A stretch of DNA of 62,357 bases, filler included, from an uncultured Methanosarcinales archaeon (GTDB taxonomy: Archaea; Nanobdellota; Nanobdellia; Woesearchaeales; CAYZNE01), in NCBI GenBank assembly GCA_964405295.1. It is 4 parts of 4 records of this genome, joined end to end, with 100 filler letters (N's around TTAATTAATTAA, not from the genome) between each part and the next. Parts side by side here need not be neighbours in the genome. Positions count along the whole stretch, not along the records: positions 20,615 to 37,316 come from CAYONI010000011.1; positions 37,417 to 52,034 come from CAYONI010000013.1; 2 more parts are not named here. One strand, written 5' to 3'. The notes beneath the pieces are model-generated. The model ran no database searches. It had not been told where the DNA came from and worked only from the letters and a program-made list of their open reading frames with translations. The position numbers and the translations under genes are program-made. This document shows positions 31,282-43,400 of this stretch, in pieces (position 1 is the stretch's first letter; every line of letters begins with the position of its first letter).

Positions 31282-32118
31282 TTATTGTTTTTTTAAATGT
31301 AAATGTTTTGCTAAAACCCTTGTTGAAATAAATAAATATCGTCTTAGAAAAACAAAAAGTAACACTGCAAAAATTATTTCTATAAAACCTAGTAAATAAT
31401 TAAACACGCTTAAGATAATTAAACTATTAATGTATGCTAAAACTCCTAGTATTATTAATCCGATAATTACAAACAACTTGACAAAAGGCATAAAATAAAT
31501 TGATTTCCTCATCAAGCCATAAAATTCTTTCCATGTTTTCTTAAAACCTCTATTTCTTAATGAACACAATCTCAATATTGGCATAAGCGCCCAATAAATT
31601 AGGAATAGAACAAGTAATATTATACCTATTGCTAAAGTTATGCCGAAAAACATTACTAGCAAAAAGTTTATTACTAAAAAACCAAGAAACAAAGGTAAAG
31701 TATTTCTTAAAGTTAATAAAACAGCCTGTAAATAATCTTTAAATCCCATATAATAAGATTTATCTAGCATTCTATACTGAATGGTTTTAATAAATGTTCC
31801 AAAGACATAAGATAATAAAAACATTCCAATTACTGAAATTATTACAACTGCAATTAAAACTTGTATACTATCAAGATAATTTTCTGCAATCTGAAGTTTA
31901 AAAGAATCCTCAAATGATCCGTCTTGTAATATTGTTGAATAATCTTGTTCATAAGTTTGGACTGATAACGCGAAATATTGGAAAGATGCTACAACTATTA
32001 ATAACATAAAAAAGAACATAAAGAAAGATAATAAATCTAATAAACCTGATTTAAGTATATATTTATTGAAAACAAATGTTTTCTTCAACATCTTTTTTTG
32101 AATCTCAAAATATCCCAT
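31282..32118 (-). CDS. Multi-pass membrane protein
   Basis: About six hydrophobic helices. Confidence 0.7.
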   Translation of the reverse strand: MGYFEIQKKMLKKTFVFNKYILKSGLLDLLSFFMFFFMLLIVVASFQYFALSVQTYEQDYSTILQDGSFEDSFKLQIAENYLDSIQVLIAVVIISVIGMFLLSYVFGTFIKTIQYRMLDKSYYMGFKDYLQAVLLTLRNTLPLFLGFLVINFLLVMFFGITLAIGIILLVLFLIYWALMPILRLCSLRNRGFKKTWKEFYGLMRKSIYFMPFVKLFVIIGLIILGVLAYINSLIILSVFNYLLGFIEIIFAVLLFVFLRRYLFISTRVLAKHLHLKKQ

Positions 32119-32765
32119 TATGGATTACCCTCATAAATTACACTTAAATCTTTATCTTTACCATCTAAACCTACACCTTGTATATCAAAAACATAAGTCT
32201 GTGAATCAATAATAAGCGCAACTTCATTATATTCCTCATCTGTATAATTCGTATAAAACCCTGATGTGCCTGTTAACACAGTAAATTCTAATTCTTCGTC
32301 ACCACCATTATTTAGAGGAATGGTATCACTGTCTGCTCTAATCTTATATTTGATAGTATCTTCTGTTTCCCCACCTTGAGGTATTCCTTGTATATACCAG
32401 CCAATTGTTAATAAATACTCCCTGTCCCCATTGATGTTAGTATATTGTGTTTCTCTTGCTTCTGGATTTAAAGCAATTGTTAAATCATAAATTCTATCAT
32501 CCAGAACTAAAGCACCCATAGTAATCTCATTTTCAAACTCAGTAGAAAAATCTTTGCTACAAATTTCTGTTTCCCAAGGTTCAACAGAGTACCAATCTAG
32601 TACACCTGGGTTCATATAACTTTCTATACCATCATCAAATACATTACCAAATAAATTTAATGCATTCTCATTTTGCCACCAACTTACAGCGTTAGCAGAA
32701 GAAGAAATTAGTAAAATAACTACTACAAACAAATACAGTTTTTTCACAATAATATTTTTTTTCAT
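32118..32765 (-). CDS. Secreted acidic hypothetical protein
   Basis: Sec signal peptide (KKLYLFVVVILLISSSANA); GGTGA RBS before the ATG at 32765. Confidence 0.7.
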   Translation of the reverse strand: MKKNIIVKKLYLFVVVILLISSSANAVSWWQNENALNLFGNVFDDGIESYMNPGVLDWYSVEPWETEICSKDFSTEFENEITMGALVLDDRIYDLTIALNPEARETQYTNINGDREYLLTIGWYIQGIPQGGETEDTIKYKIRADSDTIPLNNGGDEELEFTVLTGTSGFYTNYTDEEYNEVALIIDSQTYVFDIQGVGLDGKDKDLSVIYEGNP

Positions 32766-32766
32766 A

Positions 32767-35700
32767 TTAATCACCAAGGTCTATTCCTTCACAGGCATTA
32801 CCTAATTTTGCATTCATAGTGCCAAAATATTCTCCATCATAAAGACTTTGCTGTAAAGAAATAATTTCTTGTGCTTGTAAAGGAATTACCAAAGCTGCAC
32901 AAATCCATTGTCGCCACTTCTGTCCAACATAAGGAATTGGTATTAATGAATTATAATATTGACCGCAAGCACCTTGAAATGCAAATGAAACCCCTGTTCC
33001 TAAAAGTGCAGCTGCTGATGCTTTAATAAATTGGTCTCCCAATCCATGACCTTCATCAAAAGCATTTAAACGAACCTGGGCACTTTCAAGATACAAACAA
33101 TCCCTAAAACTATACAATTCCTCACAATATGAAGAATCAAGACCATTATTCTTAGAAATTTCTAAACATTTTATATGCATACATTTTAATTCTTTTTCTT
33201 TCTTTAAATTATAATAGGTAGCACCCAGACATAAACCATCATATTTAGTGCTTTTATAAGGATTTATTATCCACGTATCAAAATTAAACTTATCTGCTTT
33301 CATCACGTCTCTATTAGATTCTGATTCCATTGCAGGATCAAAATAATCATCCTTAAAAAAAGAATAATCACTTTTTAATATTTCTAAATCCCTGTTTGAT
33401 TGTAATGCAATCTCCAATCCTTCTAAATAATCATCAGCTACGCTTTCATGAAAAGCTGCTAATTCTAAATGATGATCTTTTACTAAACTATCCGGCCCCA
33501 AAATATTAACTGCTTCATCAGCAATTAGAATATTTGAAAGAGATAAATCTCTATTCTCAGCCCAAAGTTCAGTTAAACGATCAATTTCTTCCTCACTATA
33601 AACTGATTCTTCTAAAGAAACAATTCCAGTTTCATATTCCTTAATTTGTGCTTCAAATTCAGCCAGTTCAAGCTGAGAATTCACAAAAGTATTATCTCCA
33701 AACATTTTATCCTCAAGATATGCATCCCAATTTTTTTGTTCAGCAATAAAATTTGTTAGTTCTTGTGCATCATAAAATTTGCAATTGTAAATAAAACAGG
33801 CTGTCTTAACACCCATTCCTGTTGTAGGAGGGCTAATCCCTCTTATAATTGCAAGAATATTAGAATACATATTTCCTGCAGGCCAAAACCATTTTTCAAC
33901 GGAATCTAAAGTTTTTAGCCCTACAAAATTATGAAAACTTGCACTTGCTGGCTCAGTTAATGGAAAAATTGTAGCTAAAAGTTTTAATAAAATATCTACA
34001 CTTTGAATTACAGTATTAACAATTGCCATTGTTTTTCCAACATCACAAAGTGCGGACATTATACCATTCAAACTTTCTCTCCACTTAAGATCCTTATTCA
34101 AATCTTTTATATCATCTTTAAGTGTATCAATATTTGTATCTATTGTTTCATCAGGACCTGCAATATTTAAACCAAAAAAATCCATTGGTGCAGTAAAATT
34201 TACATATTGTTTTTTTAAGAAATAAGTATTTCCTATTCTTCCCTCAAATGCCATTGTGCAAACTAAATCTTTACTGTCTGTAACAATATCTTTTCCACCA
34301 ATCAGAACAGAAGCAGTTGCAAAATTACCATCTTTACTCAATAAAGACCAAGAATCACTATCACCATAAACATAATCATCACCAAGATCTTCATCATAGG
34401 CTTCACAATTAGTTATTTCATAATCAATTATTCCAACTTTGTTTGAAGTAGTAACAAATTCTAAAGGAATATAATGTTTCCAATGCTTAAATGAAGCAAC
34501 CCTCTTATCAATTTGAGAATTATAACCATCTCCAATATCAATACGACGAATTAATGTTGGAACTAACTCCATATCCATAGCACAAGTATCAATTAAGAAA
34601 GTATAGTTAGCATAATTGCCTGCTAAATCTTCAACACGAACATCAACTTCTTTATCTATTTCTTCTGTAGACAAAAAATTGCTTATATCAACTTCACAAT
34701 CAAATGCTCCACCATTTTTAACACAATCATTTCTATGAATTTGATCTATGGTTAAATTAGATGTTGCAGAAATTTTAAGTTCAGTGCTTAAATCATCTGA
34801 TGCACGCAATTTAACAGTTAAAGTGTCTTCTGAAGTTAAACAATAATCTTGCACTTCATCACCATTAACTAAAAGAATTTCAGAACCTTCAGCGATTATT
34901 GGTTCTTGCATATCAACAACAACTAAAGATTTATCTAAACCATTTAAACCTTTACCATAATCATCTGATGCACTATGATCAATATATAAGTATTTAGACG
35001 TTCCCGCATTTGCATCATCTACTTGCACAGTATATATGCATCTCCAATCTCCTAGTTCATTATCACAAGTAAATGGATTAGCAACATTATAGGCTGAAGT
35101 TAACTGAGATATTTTTATTGGAACATTCATTTGTTTAAAACTTGTATCTGCAGAACCTGCAATTATAGTGTACAAAATAGCATTTTTTCCAATAAAACAT
35201 TTCCCTTCCTCATCACAGTTTCTCTCTAGGTCAGGACCAATATGGGTAACATCATTTTCAGCATTAACAATTTCATATTCTCTTTCTATTGTTTCAACAG
35301 CAATATTATTTTGAGCATCTACTGCAGTTACTGTAAGAGAAATTAATTCATCTCCAGGATGAAGGTTTATACCTCTGAACATGCACCTGTAAAGATTTAT
35401 TTCAACATCAAATACACAATTTGCAAGCTTATTTTCATAACCCATATTTTGTATTGGAACATTATTAAAATCACTTAAGTCACCTATAACTTGCACAAGA
35501 TTTTCTTCATTGATTAGAATAACGACATCCACTATTGGAACTTGTGGATTATTAAGTGCAATCTTATCTAAAGAAATATCTCCCTGCATAATATCAAATG
35601 ATCCTAAAATTACCGGAGGATATGCATCCATTGTTAATTCTTCATCAGCAGGAACTTCTCTATTATTACCTACTTCATCTTGTGCTAAGATTGAAACTGC

Positions 35701-36276
35701 TACAACAGGTTCTGGACTTATAGGAAACATTAATGTGCCCATAGCAACACAATTGCCTGTGCCTGAATTAACAATTTCTGTGTGTTGTAAATAATTATTT
35801 ACAAATATCTTAAAATTATCAACCCCACTGCATTCAACCTCAGAACTTCCAGAAGAGTCTGTAACAATATACCCTATTGTTAATTGATTTCCATCTAAAG
35901 ACTGAGTAAAGGTTACATTAGGCGCATTTGAGTCTAAACCATATGTTAATGGAGGAGGTGTTACAAAAGATCCTCCTTGTTCTATTGCAATATCAACTGT
36001 TTTTTGTCCTGCTTCATATTGAGGTCCAAAGTAGCAATAACAAGAAGTGTTACCTTCATTGCATTCACAGGGGTATAGTTCTCCAGAAGAATTTACATAA
36101 ACCACCCCACCAGGTTGACTTATTTCTGCAGTAAACTCTTCACCTGCACCTACAAAATTATGAACATTTTCAGAACCATAAATAGAATAAGTATGTGCAA
36201 AAACAGGTGTTAAAGATACCATAAGAAATATCATAAATAATGCTAGAAACTTCTTATAAAATATTAACACACCCAT
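32767..36276 (-). CDS. Large secreted Cys-rich multidomain protein
   Basis: Signal peptide, repeated Ig-like motifs (A/V-x-D-x-x-G/N-N), paired Cys, C-terminal coiled coils and hydrophobic segments. Confidence 0.75.
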   Translation of the reverse strand: MGVLIFYKKFLALFMIFLMVSLTPVFAHTYSIYGSENVHNFVGAGEEFTAEISQPGGVVYVNSSGELYPCECNEGNTSCYCYFGPQYEAGQKTVDIAIEQGGSFVTPPPLTYGLDSNAPNVTFTQSLDGNQLTIGYIVTDSSGSSEVECSGVDNFKIFVNNYLQHTEIVNSGTGNCVAMGTLMFPISPEPVVAVSILAQDEVGNNREVPADEELTMDAYPPVILGSFDIMQGDISLDKIALNNPQVPIVDVVILINEENLVQVIGDLSDFNNVPIQNMGYENKLANCVFDVEINLYRCMFRGINLHPGDELISLTVTAVDAQNNIAVETIEREYEIVNAENDVTHIGPDLERNCDEEGKCFIGKNAILYTIIAGSADTSFKQMNVPIKISQLTSAYNVANPFTCDNELGDWRCIYTVQVDDANAGTSKYLYIDHSASDDYGKGLNGLDKSLVVVDMQEPIIAEGSEILLVNGDEVQDYCLTSEDTLTVKLRASDDLSTELKISATSNLTIDQIHRNDCVKNGGAFDCEVDISNFLSTEEIDKEVDVRVEDLAGNYANYTFLIDTCAMDMELVPTLIRRIDIGDGYNSQIDKRVASFKHWKHYIPLEFVTTSNKVGIIDYEITNCEAYDEDLGDDYVYGDSDSWSLLSKDGNFATASVLIGGKDIVTDSKDLVCTMAFEGRIGNTYFLKKQYVNFTAPMDFFGLNIAGPDETIDTNIDTLKDDIKDLNKDLKWRESLNGIMSALCDVGKTMAIVNTVIQSVDILLKLLATIFPLTEPASASFHNFVGLKTLDSVEKWFWPAGNMYSNILAIIRGISPPTTGMGVKTACFIYNCKFYDAQELTNFIAEQKNWDAYLEDKMFGDNTFVNSQLELAEFEAQIKEYETGIVSLEESVYSEEEIDRLTELWAENRDLSLSNILIADEAVNILGPDSLVKDHHLELAAFHESVADDYLEGLEIALQSNRDLEILKSDYSFFKDDYFDPAMESESNRDVMKADKFNFDTWIINPYKSTKYDGLCLGATYYNLKKEKELKCMHIKCLEISKNNGLDSSYCEELYSFRDCLYLESAQVRLNAFDEGHGLGDQFIKASAAALLGTGVSFAFQGACGQYYNSLIPIPYVGQKWRQWICAALVIPLQAQEIISLQQSLYDGEYFGTMNAKLGNACEGIDLGD

Positions 36277-36340
36277 AACTATTAATTATAGAAGACGCAT
36301 TTTTAAAGGTTATTATAATAATTAAGTAAAATAAGAACTA

Positions 36341-36455
36341 ATTACAGTCCTAAGACGAGCCGATAAGAATTCATGTCGAGTGCGTTATTAGGTGTTGCCC
36401 CATCCGGAGGAATAGCACGAAAAGAAACCACATTTATTCGGCGAGAGACTGTAAT
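36341..36455. ncRNA. Candidate structured RNA or hairpin element
   Basis: GC-rich intergenic island with nested pairings ATTACAGTC/GACTGTAAT, GCCGA/TCGGC, ATGT/ACAT, GTGC/GCAC, TATT/AATA. Confidence 0.45.
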
Positions 36456-36476
36456 AAGAAATATATTGAGAATAAA

Positions 36477-37049
36477 CTACTCTAAATTAGACCTTTTTTG
36501 TTTTTCCAACCACTTATAGACAGAAGCGTGCATACTGCCCATCAAAAGACTTTCAACAGCTTTTTTTGCAATTGGAACATTAATTATTGAACCAATAATT
36601 CCAACAGTTTTTCCATATACAGAAATATAACAGCCAGTTATTTCCTCAATTGTTGAACGAGATTTACCGCTTCGTCCAATAACTCTACCCTTCAACCTAT
36701 GTTGATGAGTTTTATGATCATTAAATTCATTAAGACTAATAAGTTCAAGAGAATAATCTTGTCTTAACAAAAGTTTTGCTACTTCTGGATTAAAACCTCT
36801 TGCAATAGCCCTAATTACTTCTTTTAGTGCAAAAAGAGCTATACTATCTTTACCAATTACTTTAACCTCACCCTCTTTACTATCAATAAATATTTCTGAC
36901 TTAGTATCTTCTTCAAGACTTTTCTTTATTTCACCGCTTTTTCCTATTAGAACAGCAACTCTGTCTTTTGGAATCTTTAGATCATAAGTATACTGTTCAG
37001 TACTTTCATTAAGTGGATTATCTGTTTTATCAATATCTTCTTCGGTCAT
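36477..37049 (-). CDS. KH-domain rRNA-processing protein (Dim2/Pno1 family)
   Basis: IPKDRVAVLIGKSG, AIARGFNPE, RLKGRVIGRSG, SVYGKTV, HASVY. Confidence 0.93.
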   Translation of the reverse strand: MTEEDIDKTDNPLNESTEQYTYDLKIPKDRVAVLIGKSGEIKKSLEEDTKSEIFIDSKEGEVKVIGKDSIALFALKEVIRAIARGFNPEVAKLLLRQDYSLELISLNEFNDHKTHQHRLKGRVIGRSGKSRSTIEEITGCYISVYGKTVGIIGSIINVPIAKKAVESLLMGSMHASVYKWLEKQKRSNLE

Positions 37050-37316
37050 AAATTTTCAGAATCAAATTCTGTTTTTAAAGGTTCCCATAGAGAACTTTGC
37101 AAAATCCATTGTTAAGTGAATTTTACAAATGTTAGTGCAGTAAAAACGCTTAAGAAGAAGGTTTAACAGTGTTACCTTCCGAGAACGCTTGAAAAAATAT
37201 AGTGTTTCAAAGTTCTCTATATATAGACTAAGTAATATAGAAATAGAAAAAAATATAAGAAAAAACTAAAAATAATGAAATGACAATTAATAATAACCCT
37301 CTTTTCGCTAATAAAT

Positions 37317-37416
37317 NNNNNNNNNNNNNNNNNNNNNNNNNNNNNNNNNNNNNNNNNNNNTTAATTAATTAANNNNNNNNNNNNNNNNNNNNNNNNNNNN
37401 NNNNNNNNNNNNNNNN
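37317..37416. other. Artificial contig linker
   Basis: N-run, TTAATTAATTAA at 37361-37372, N-run. Confidence 0.97.
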
Positions 37417-40400
37417 TTATTAAGAATATTAAAATTATCCAGAAATTTTATTGGAAGATTCATTTTAATATCTCCATATCCTTCATAAGTATCTTCTTCA
37501 AACCAGGTAAGCTGTCTTTTTATTCTGTCTTTAATAGATTGTTTTGAAAATCTACCAATCAAGTTAGCACCCTTTATATCTCCCCTTCCAATCTCTTTAC
37601 CAAGAATCTTAGCTCCCTCTTCATAGTTAATTTCTTCTTGAGTTTTCATAACCTTAGGAAACCAGCCACGATAGTACTTCATTGCTTTATCAGGTGACTT
37701 ATCTGTATTCTCTAGATCAAGCCAGGTAAAATCTTTACCTTGCATCTCTGTAGCTTTCTCGTTTAGATATCCATCTTTCACAAACCATTGTTCCATCATA
37801 TCATTAAAGTAAGTAACAAAAGCTCGTTCATCTTTAGCAAGAGCCTTAAACTCTACATCATCTTCAATTAAAATTCTTTCCCGGGACCGGCCACCTATTT
37901 CAACTTCCTTAAAAAATTTACTGAAAAGCTCTGGATAGTTCACCATAGATACTCTATCAACACCTCCTCGTCTAATTCGAATCTTTCCCTTCATGTAACG
38001 ATCATAAATAGGTTTTAATAAAATTTCAAATTGTTTCAATTCACCCTCATGTCTCTGTGTATATTGATTCCATCTATTATTCCTTATCTTCACCCAGGTC
38101 TGGAACATATCCATGTTAACATCACTATAGTTACCAAGCCATCCGGTGAATACTCCTATCTCCTGTGCTTCAAATACATCTACCTGCAGGCTTGGATCTG
38201 CTCTCATAAGTGCAATATCTTCATAGAGTTTAGCAACCTTACGTTTAGTTTTTTCATCAAGTTCATCAATCCGTATCTTTCTTGACTCTTTAAATCGACT
38301 AAGAATAATAGTTAGTTCAGCTACTTTCCTACGATACATTTCTTCCGGATTAACATCTGAATCAATTAATTCTTTCTCAATTGTATCACTTGTTTTATAG
38401 GTATACTCAATAACATCAAATATTTTAGGACTCCTTTTAAGAATCTCTTTCATAATATTAGGATCGATACCGGCTTCAGTAAGAGCTTTCTTATCAGTAA
38501 GAAACTGATGAATCATATTAAGGTATGATCTAATCTCAACATGACGAGCTGGATCTTGTCTCTCGGCCAGCCATTGATCAGGCACCCAAAGGACCATTAG
38601 ATCACGAAACTTGATATCAGGATTATTAAGCTTAGTGATAAAGGCATAAAGCATTAACTGAAGTTTTGCTCTCTCTCTTTGATTATCAGTAATATAAACT
38701 TCTTGCTCACCATATTTCATAGCATCACTTGACATTCTTTTACCAAAATTAAGACCTGTTTTATAATCGATAAAGGTCCAGGTATTATCTGCATGTCCAA
38801 TAGCTGCATCAATAGTACCACCAAAACCAAGCAATTCACTCCATACAGATATCTCTGGTAGATATTCTACATCCCTGAGTATCTCCGGCACATCATCATT
38901 GAGAATCGATATCCCTGCATTGTTAAAGATTTTTTGTAGTGTACCTTCGCTTTCTATCCAGGCAAAGTTTTCAGGATCTACCTCTCCATTGGAGTTACTA
39001 GCAAGATCATTAATCTTTTTATCTATCTCAGCATTGGTTAAACCAAGATCAAATTTCCTGTTTGCAACCTTCATAAATAAAAGGTGCATAATCTTACCTT
39101 TAATCTCTCCATACTTCATTTGAGCATCCATACGTTCCCGGAATTGATCATATGTTTCCATATTACCCTCATCAGTTTCCAACTCATGATCATGAGGAAG
39201 CTCTTTCCACCATGTATCAGCCATATGTTGACCAAAGGAAATATTAGGATCAATCTTTTTATTACCAAAGAATGCTATAAATCCACCTATCCTGTCTGTG
39301 ATCCTACGGATTTTATCAGCTGTCTTTTTTATGATGTAGTAGTTCGCTTCAGTACCATCTTCATTCTCTCCTACAACAATCTCTTTTGATCTGGCTTTCA
39401 TACTTTCAGCCATAGCTTTAACGGCTTTACGAAGATCACTCTCAACAGGAGCTTCTGTTTCTTCTACTTCTTCTTCAATAGTATCAGTTTCTTCAAGTGC
39501 TTCTCCTTTTTGAGTCCAAATAGTACCACTACTATCCATGTATGTATTCTTACCAGTACGTACAAAATTGGAAGTATAACCAAGGTCCTTAATAAGATTA
39601 ATAAAATATTGTTGTACATCAACACGATCTTTGATACCAAAGTATTCTAGGATCCTATCAATAATTCTTCTCAGTAAACTCTTTTCAGATACTTCACTTA
39701 CAAAATCATCAATGGCTTCTGCAAAAGTGCCATTAGCAAGTATCTCAGAAAGAAATTCCTTTTCATTTTTAAGTCCGTAGATATCATCAATTTTAATAGG
39801 ATATCCTTTTTCTGCCATGATACGCTCAAGAGCTTCCGCATGTTGAAGACTCTTAGGCCTCAGGCTTCCATCAGTGAACTTATCAAAGTATTCATGTATG
39901 ATATTGTCAACTGAAGATCTAAACTCAGGATTTGTCTCATAAGCAATTACTGTGATACCATGACTTAACTCATGCATTACAGCACGATCTACAGCTTCAA
40001 CTGACTCCAATCCTTTCTCTCTAATAATTTTTGCAAGATCAACTTCAATAGTACCATCCAAATGATATAAACCATAATCTCTTCCTGATAGGGTATTATA
40101 TTGAAGTTTCAGCTTTTGTTTAACGATCTTAGCTTTTAACTCACGTATTGAATTTCTTGTCTTTGAACTCTTTGTCCGGGATAAAATAGAATTAAGTGTT
40201 GACTCAACATTCTTTTCCCTGGTATAAAGCTCAGTTACATCAGAAGTAAATGTGCCATTTTCAACTGCTTGCTTAGTTTCTTTTTCGGTAAGTTTAGAAG
40301 CAGATATTTTTTTCACCTGAGCCGGTGTCATATTAGATACAAGCACATCTGATCCAACTATCTCTTTAATTTTCCTATAAGATTTATCTATTCTTGTGAT

Positions 40401-43400
40401 GTCATGATAATAGGTGTAGCTAATAATATCTCCTACCTTAAGATCAGTACCATTATATGTAAAGGAGGGCCTTTTCATATCAGAAACCATTACATTATAT
40501 ATTGGCTTACTGAATGTCTTATCGATACCAAAATAATCTTCCATTGAATAACCCTCATTCTTAACCTGGTCAGAAAAGTTGTAGAAAGCAAAAGGTGATA
40601 CATTTTGTATCCTCTGGTAATGAACCTCTGGAGCATTAGACTCATTCATTCTCACAAATACTGTTTTCCTTTTCTCAAACTTAGTCATAAGGAACCGTGG
40701 AAACTCTCTACTCTCCTCTGTATTGGCATATGCTCTGTCATAGAAATATGATTCTGTCATACCGCCATAGAAGTTTCTTTTCTGATTATTCTGATCAAAA
40801 TATTCTCCTTTGGACTCTGGATTTTTATATTTTCTAAAGGCCTCTTCAAGGATATAACCGTAGTTTACTACAAACTGAAGCGAGAAATCATCTTCAATAA
40901 AATCCCAAAATGAATTTGAATCTGCAGATATGAACGGATCCATTGTCTTATTAAAAGCATTATCTACTTCCTGATACATATCATTAGGAAGTATAGAGCT
41001 ATAATTTGTTGCCCCAAACTTCAATCCCCAATTCATTATACCAAAGCTGACAAACTCTTTTTGAAAATCTGTATAGTCATTATCCTCCCTGGGAATGTCA
41101 TTGTATTTAACCGTGATAGCACTGGTCTTATCGTTCCTGGTTACGTCATACTTATTCAGATCATAAAATGCAGTCTTAAAGGTTAGATAATCCTCAGCAT
41201 CAAGGTTGGTTCCTCCATCGAAACGAAGCTGCCATGATCTTGAGATAGGACTAAAGATAGCATTCAAGTGGTTAATAAACTTATTCTCAATTTGATTACC
41301 ATCACTATCCTCTTGCTGATTGATGAATTCTTTAACCTTCCGGATCTTATTTATGAAGATCTGATTAACAGCCTTCGGACCGGTAAGGGTTCTCATTTCT
41401 CCCTCTTTATCAATATAGGTATGAGTAACAGCTTTATCTACTGCATAGGTTCCGGAATAAATCTCATTAGCCAATAGATAAGTAATAATTTCATTCTGGA
41501 TAATCTTTTTTCCTTCATCACTCAATAGATTTATACTACCCATCATAGAATATACCTTATCTACATGGTGCATAAACCTTGGATTATGTTTCTTGAAGTT
41601 AGTTTCAATATATCCCTGTAAATTTATAAGTTGCTTGTGTATCTCAAGGATATGTACATTATTCTTAAAGAAATTTTGAACATCGAAAAGATAACTGGAT
41701 GCATCAAAAGTTGTGAGCTCACCATCAGCTTGCATATCTCCAAAAATAGTCTTCGCTGTTGATATAGCATTATCTATTTCAAATTTGTTGTAAGGTATAG
41801 CTCTTACAATCTTCAGCCACTTAGCTAACTTGGCTATTTCCTCTCCAATATCTGTTGCCTTCTGAAAATGCTCAATAACTTTTAGTTGATAAAGCAGGTC
41901 ATTGTATTCCTTACGCTTGATGTTTCCTTTCTCATCATAGGCATCAGGCATCTCAGATATACTACGAACTGTTTTACCCATGTTCGTTTTAAGATTATTC
42001 TCAGTAATTTTTATCTCAGCAATATCTATGTCAGAGATATTAAGCTTCTGGAAAATACTCTTCCTTACAGAGCTTATAACTGAAGTCAATTGCCTGTCAA
42101 AGTGATTTGATATATCAAGAATAGCAGGCTGTTGCATTATATTATTGGTAACACCAAGAGGGACCCCTATAGCCCTAAAACCATTAAAAGAACTAATAGT
42201 ATTTTGTGTAATGTTAAGAACATGAAGAGCCATTACCCGTATATTATCAATAGCAACATTAATAAATCCATCATTTGAGGTAAAAAGATTTACACCTTCT
42301 CTATCATATAAACTAATACCATCATATAACTCATCTCCTATCCGTATCATCCTGGCTTCATCACGTATCTTAGGAGCTTTATTGCCTTCCCCGGAATTGA
42401 TCAAATATGCCAGGCCTTTACCATTGTTACCAAAGATTCCGGTAGCAGCATCAGCACCAAATATAATATCATGTGCTCTTACCTTATCATTTGCATTGGA
42501 AAGATCCAGTGCTTGCGTTTGGTGAGTAAGCTTTGCTACTCTATTTTTCTCTTCCTTAATATCATTCATAGGAATAGGAGAAATCATCTCAGGTACATTC
42601 TTTGGTGCAGAAAGAACATTGATAAGATCTTCAAATACACCATTTTTAAGATATTCGATTTGCTTTTGTGTATTCTCAAATTCCCAACCAGGTCGATAAG
42701 TCCATTGTTTTTTAACCTTCTTATAACCAAGAGGAATACCTCCAGCTTCTTTATCAACATATCGTTTGATAATAAATAGGGAGTCAACATCAAAGTCAGA
42801 ACCATGTAAGGCAACTAATAAATCCGGAGCAATAATAACATTGGTATCTTCTGTTGAATAGAATCCAACAACCTTTACTACAACACCACTATGGATGTCT
42901 GAGGATGGTATACGAAACCCAAGAAGATCTGGTGTAGAGTAATAATCATATGCATCTTTTTCTTTGGCGATAGCATCCTCAATCTCTGCTTCATATTCTT
43001 TAGGTAGTATACCTCTTGGAAGAATCATCTCTGCAACAAGACGATTTTTTTCATCACGGAAGTATTTGAGTTTATAATTTCTTCCGGTACCTATTTCCTT
43101 ACCATATTTTCTTACACCAGCTTCTGTCTGAAGAACAAGCTTAGTACCACTAAAAGGTATCTTAGCAATTCTACTATTTAATGAACTGGCAATCTGTATT
43201 ATAATCTTGTCTGATATACTTGGAAAGTTATGACTGATTCCCTGGCTAATAGCATCATAAGCCATCTCTGACCCCTTACCTGTAAGCATACCAAGAATGG
43301 TACTCTTAAAAGATCTATCAAGCTTATTCATTAAATCATTACCACCAAGACGGGCAATCTCTGCTAATTTTTTATAAGCTTGTGACGCTTTCTCTTGATT

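Noticed and set aside
36341..36455. 5S rRNA or SRP RNA
   Set aside because: The length fits 5S, but the conserved CGAAC loop and the SRP helix-8 GNRA/AGCAG motif are absent on both strands.
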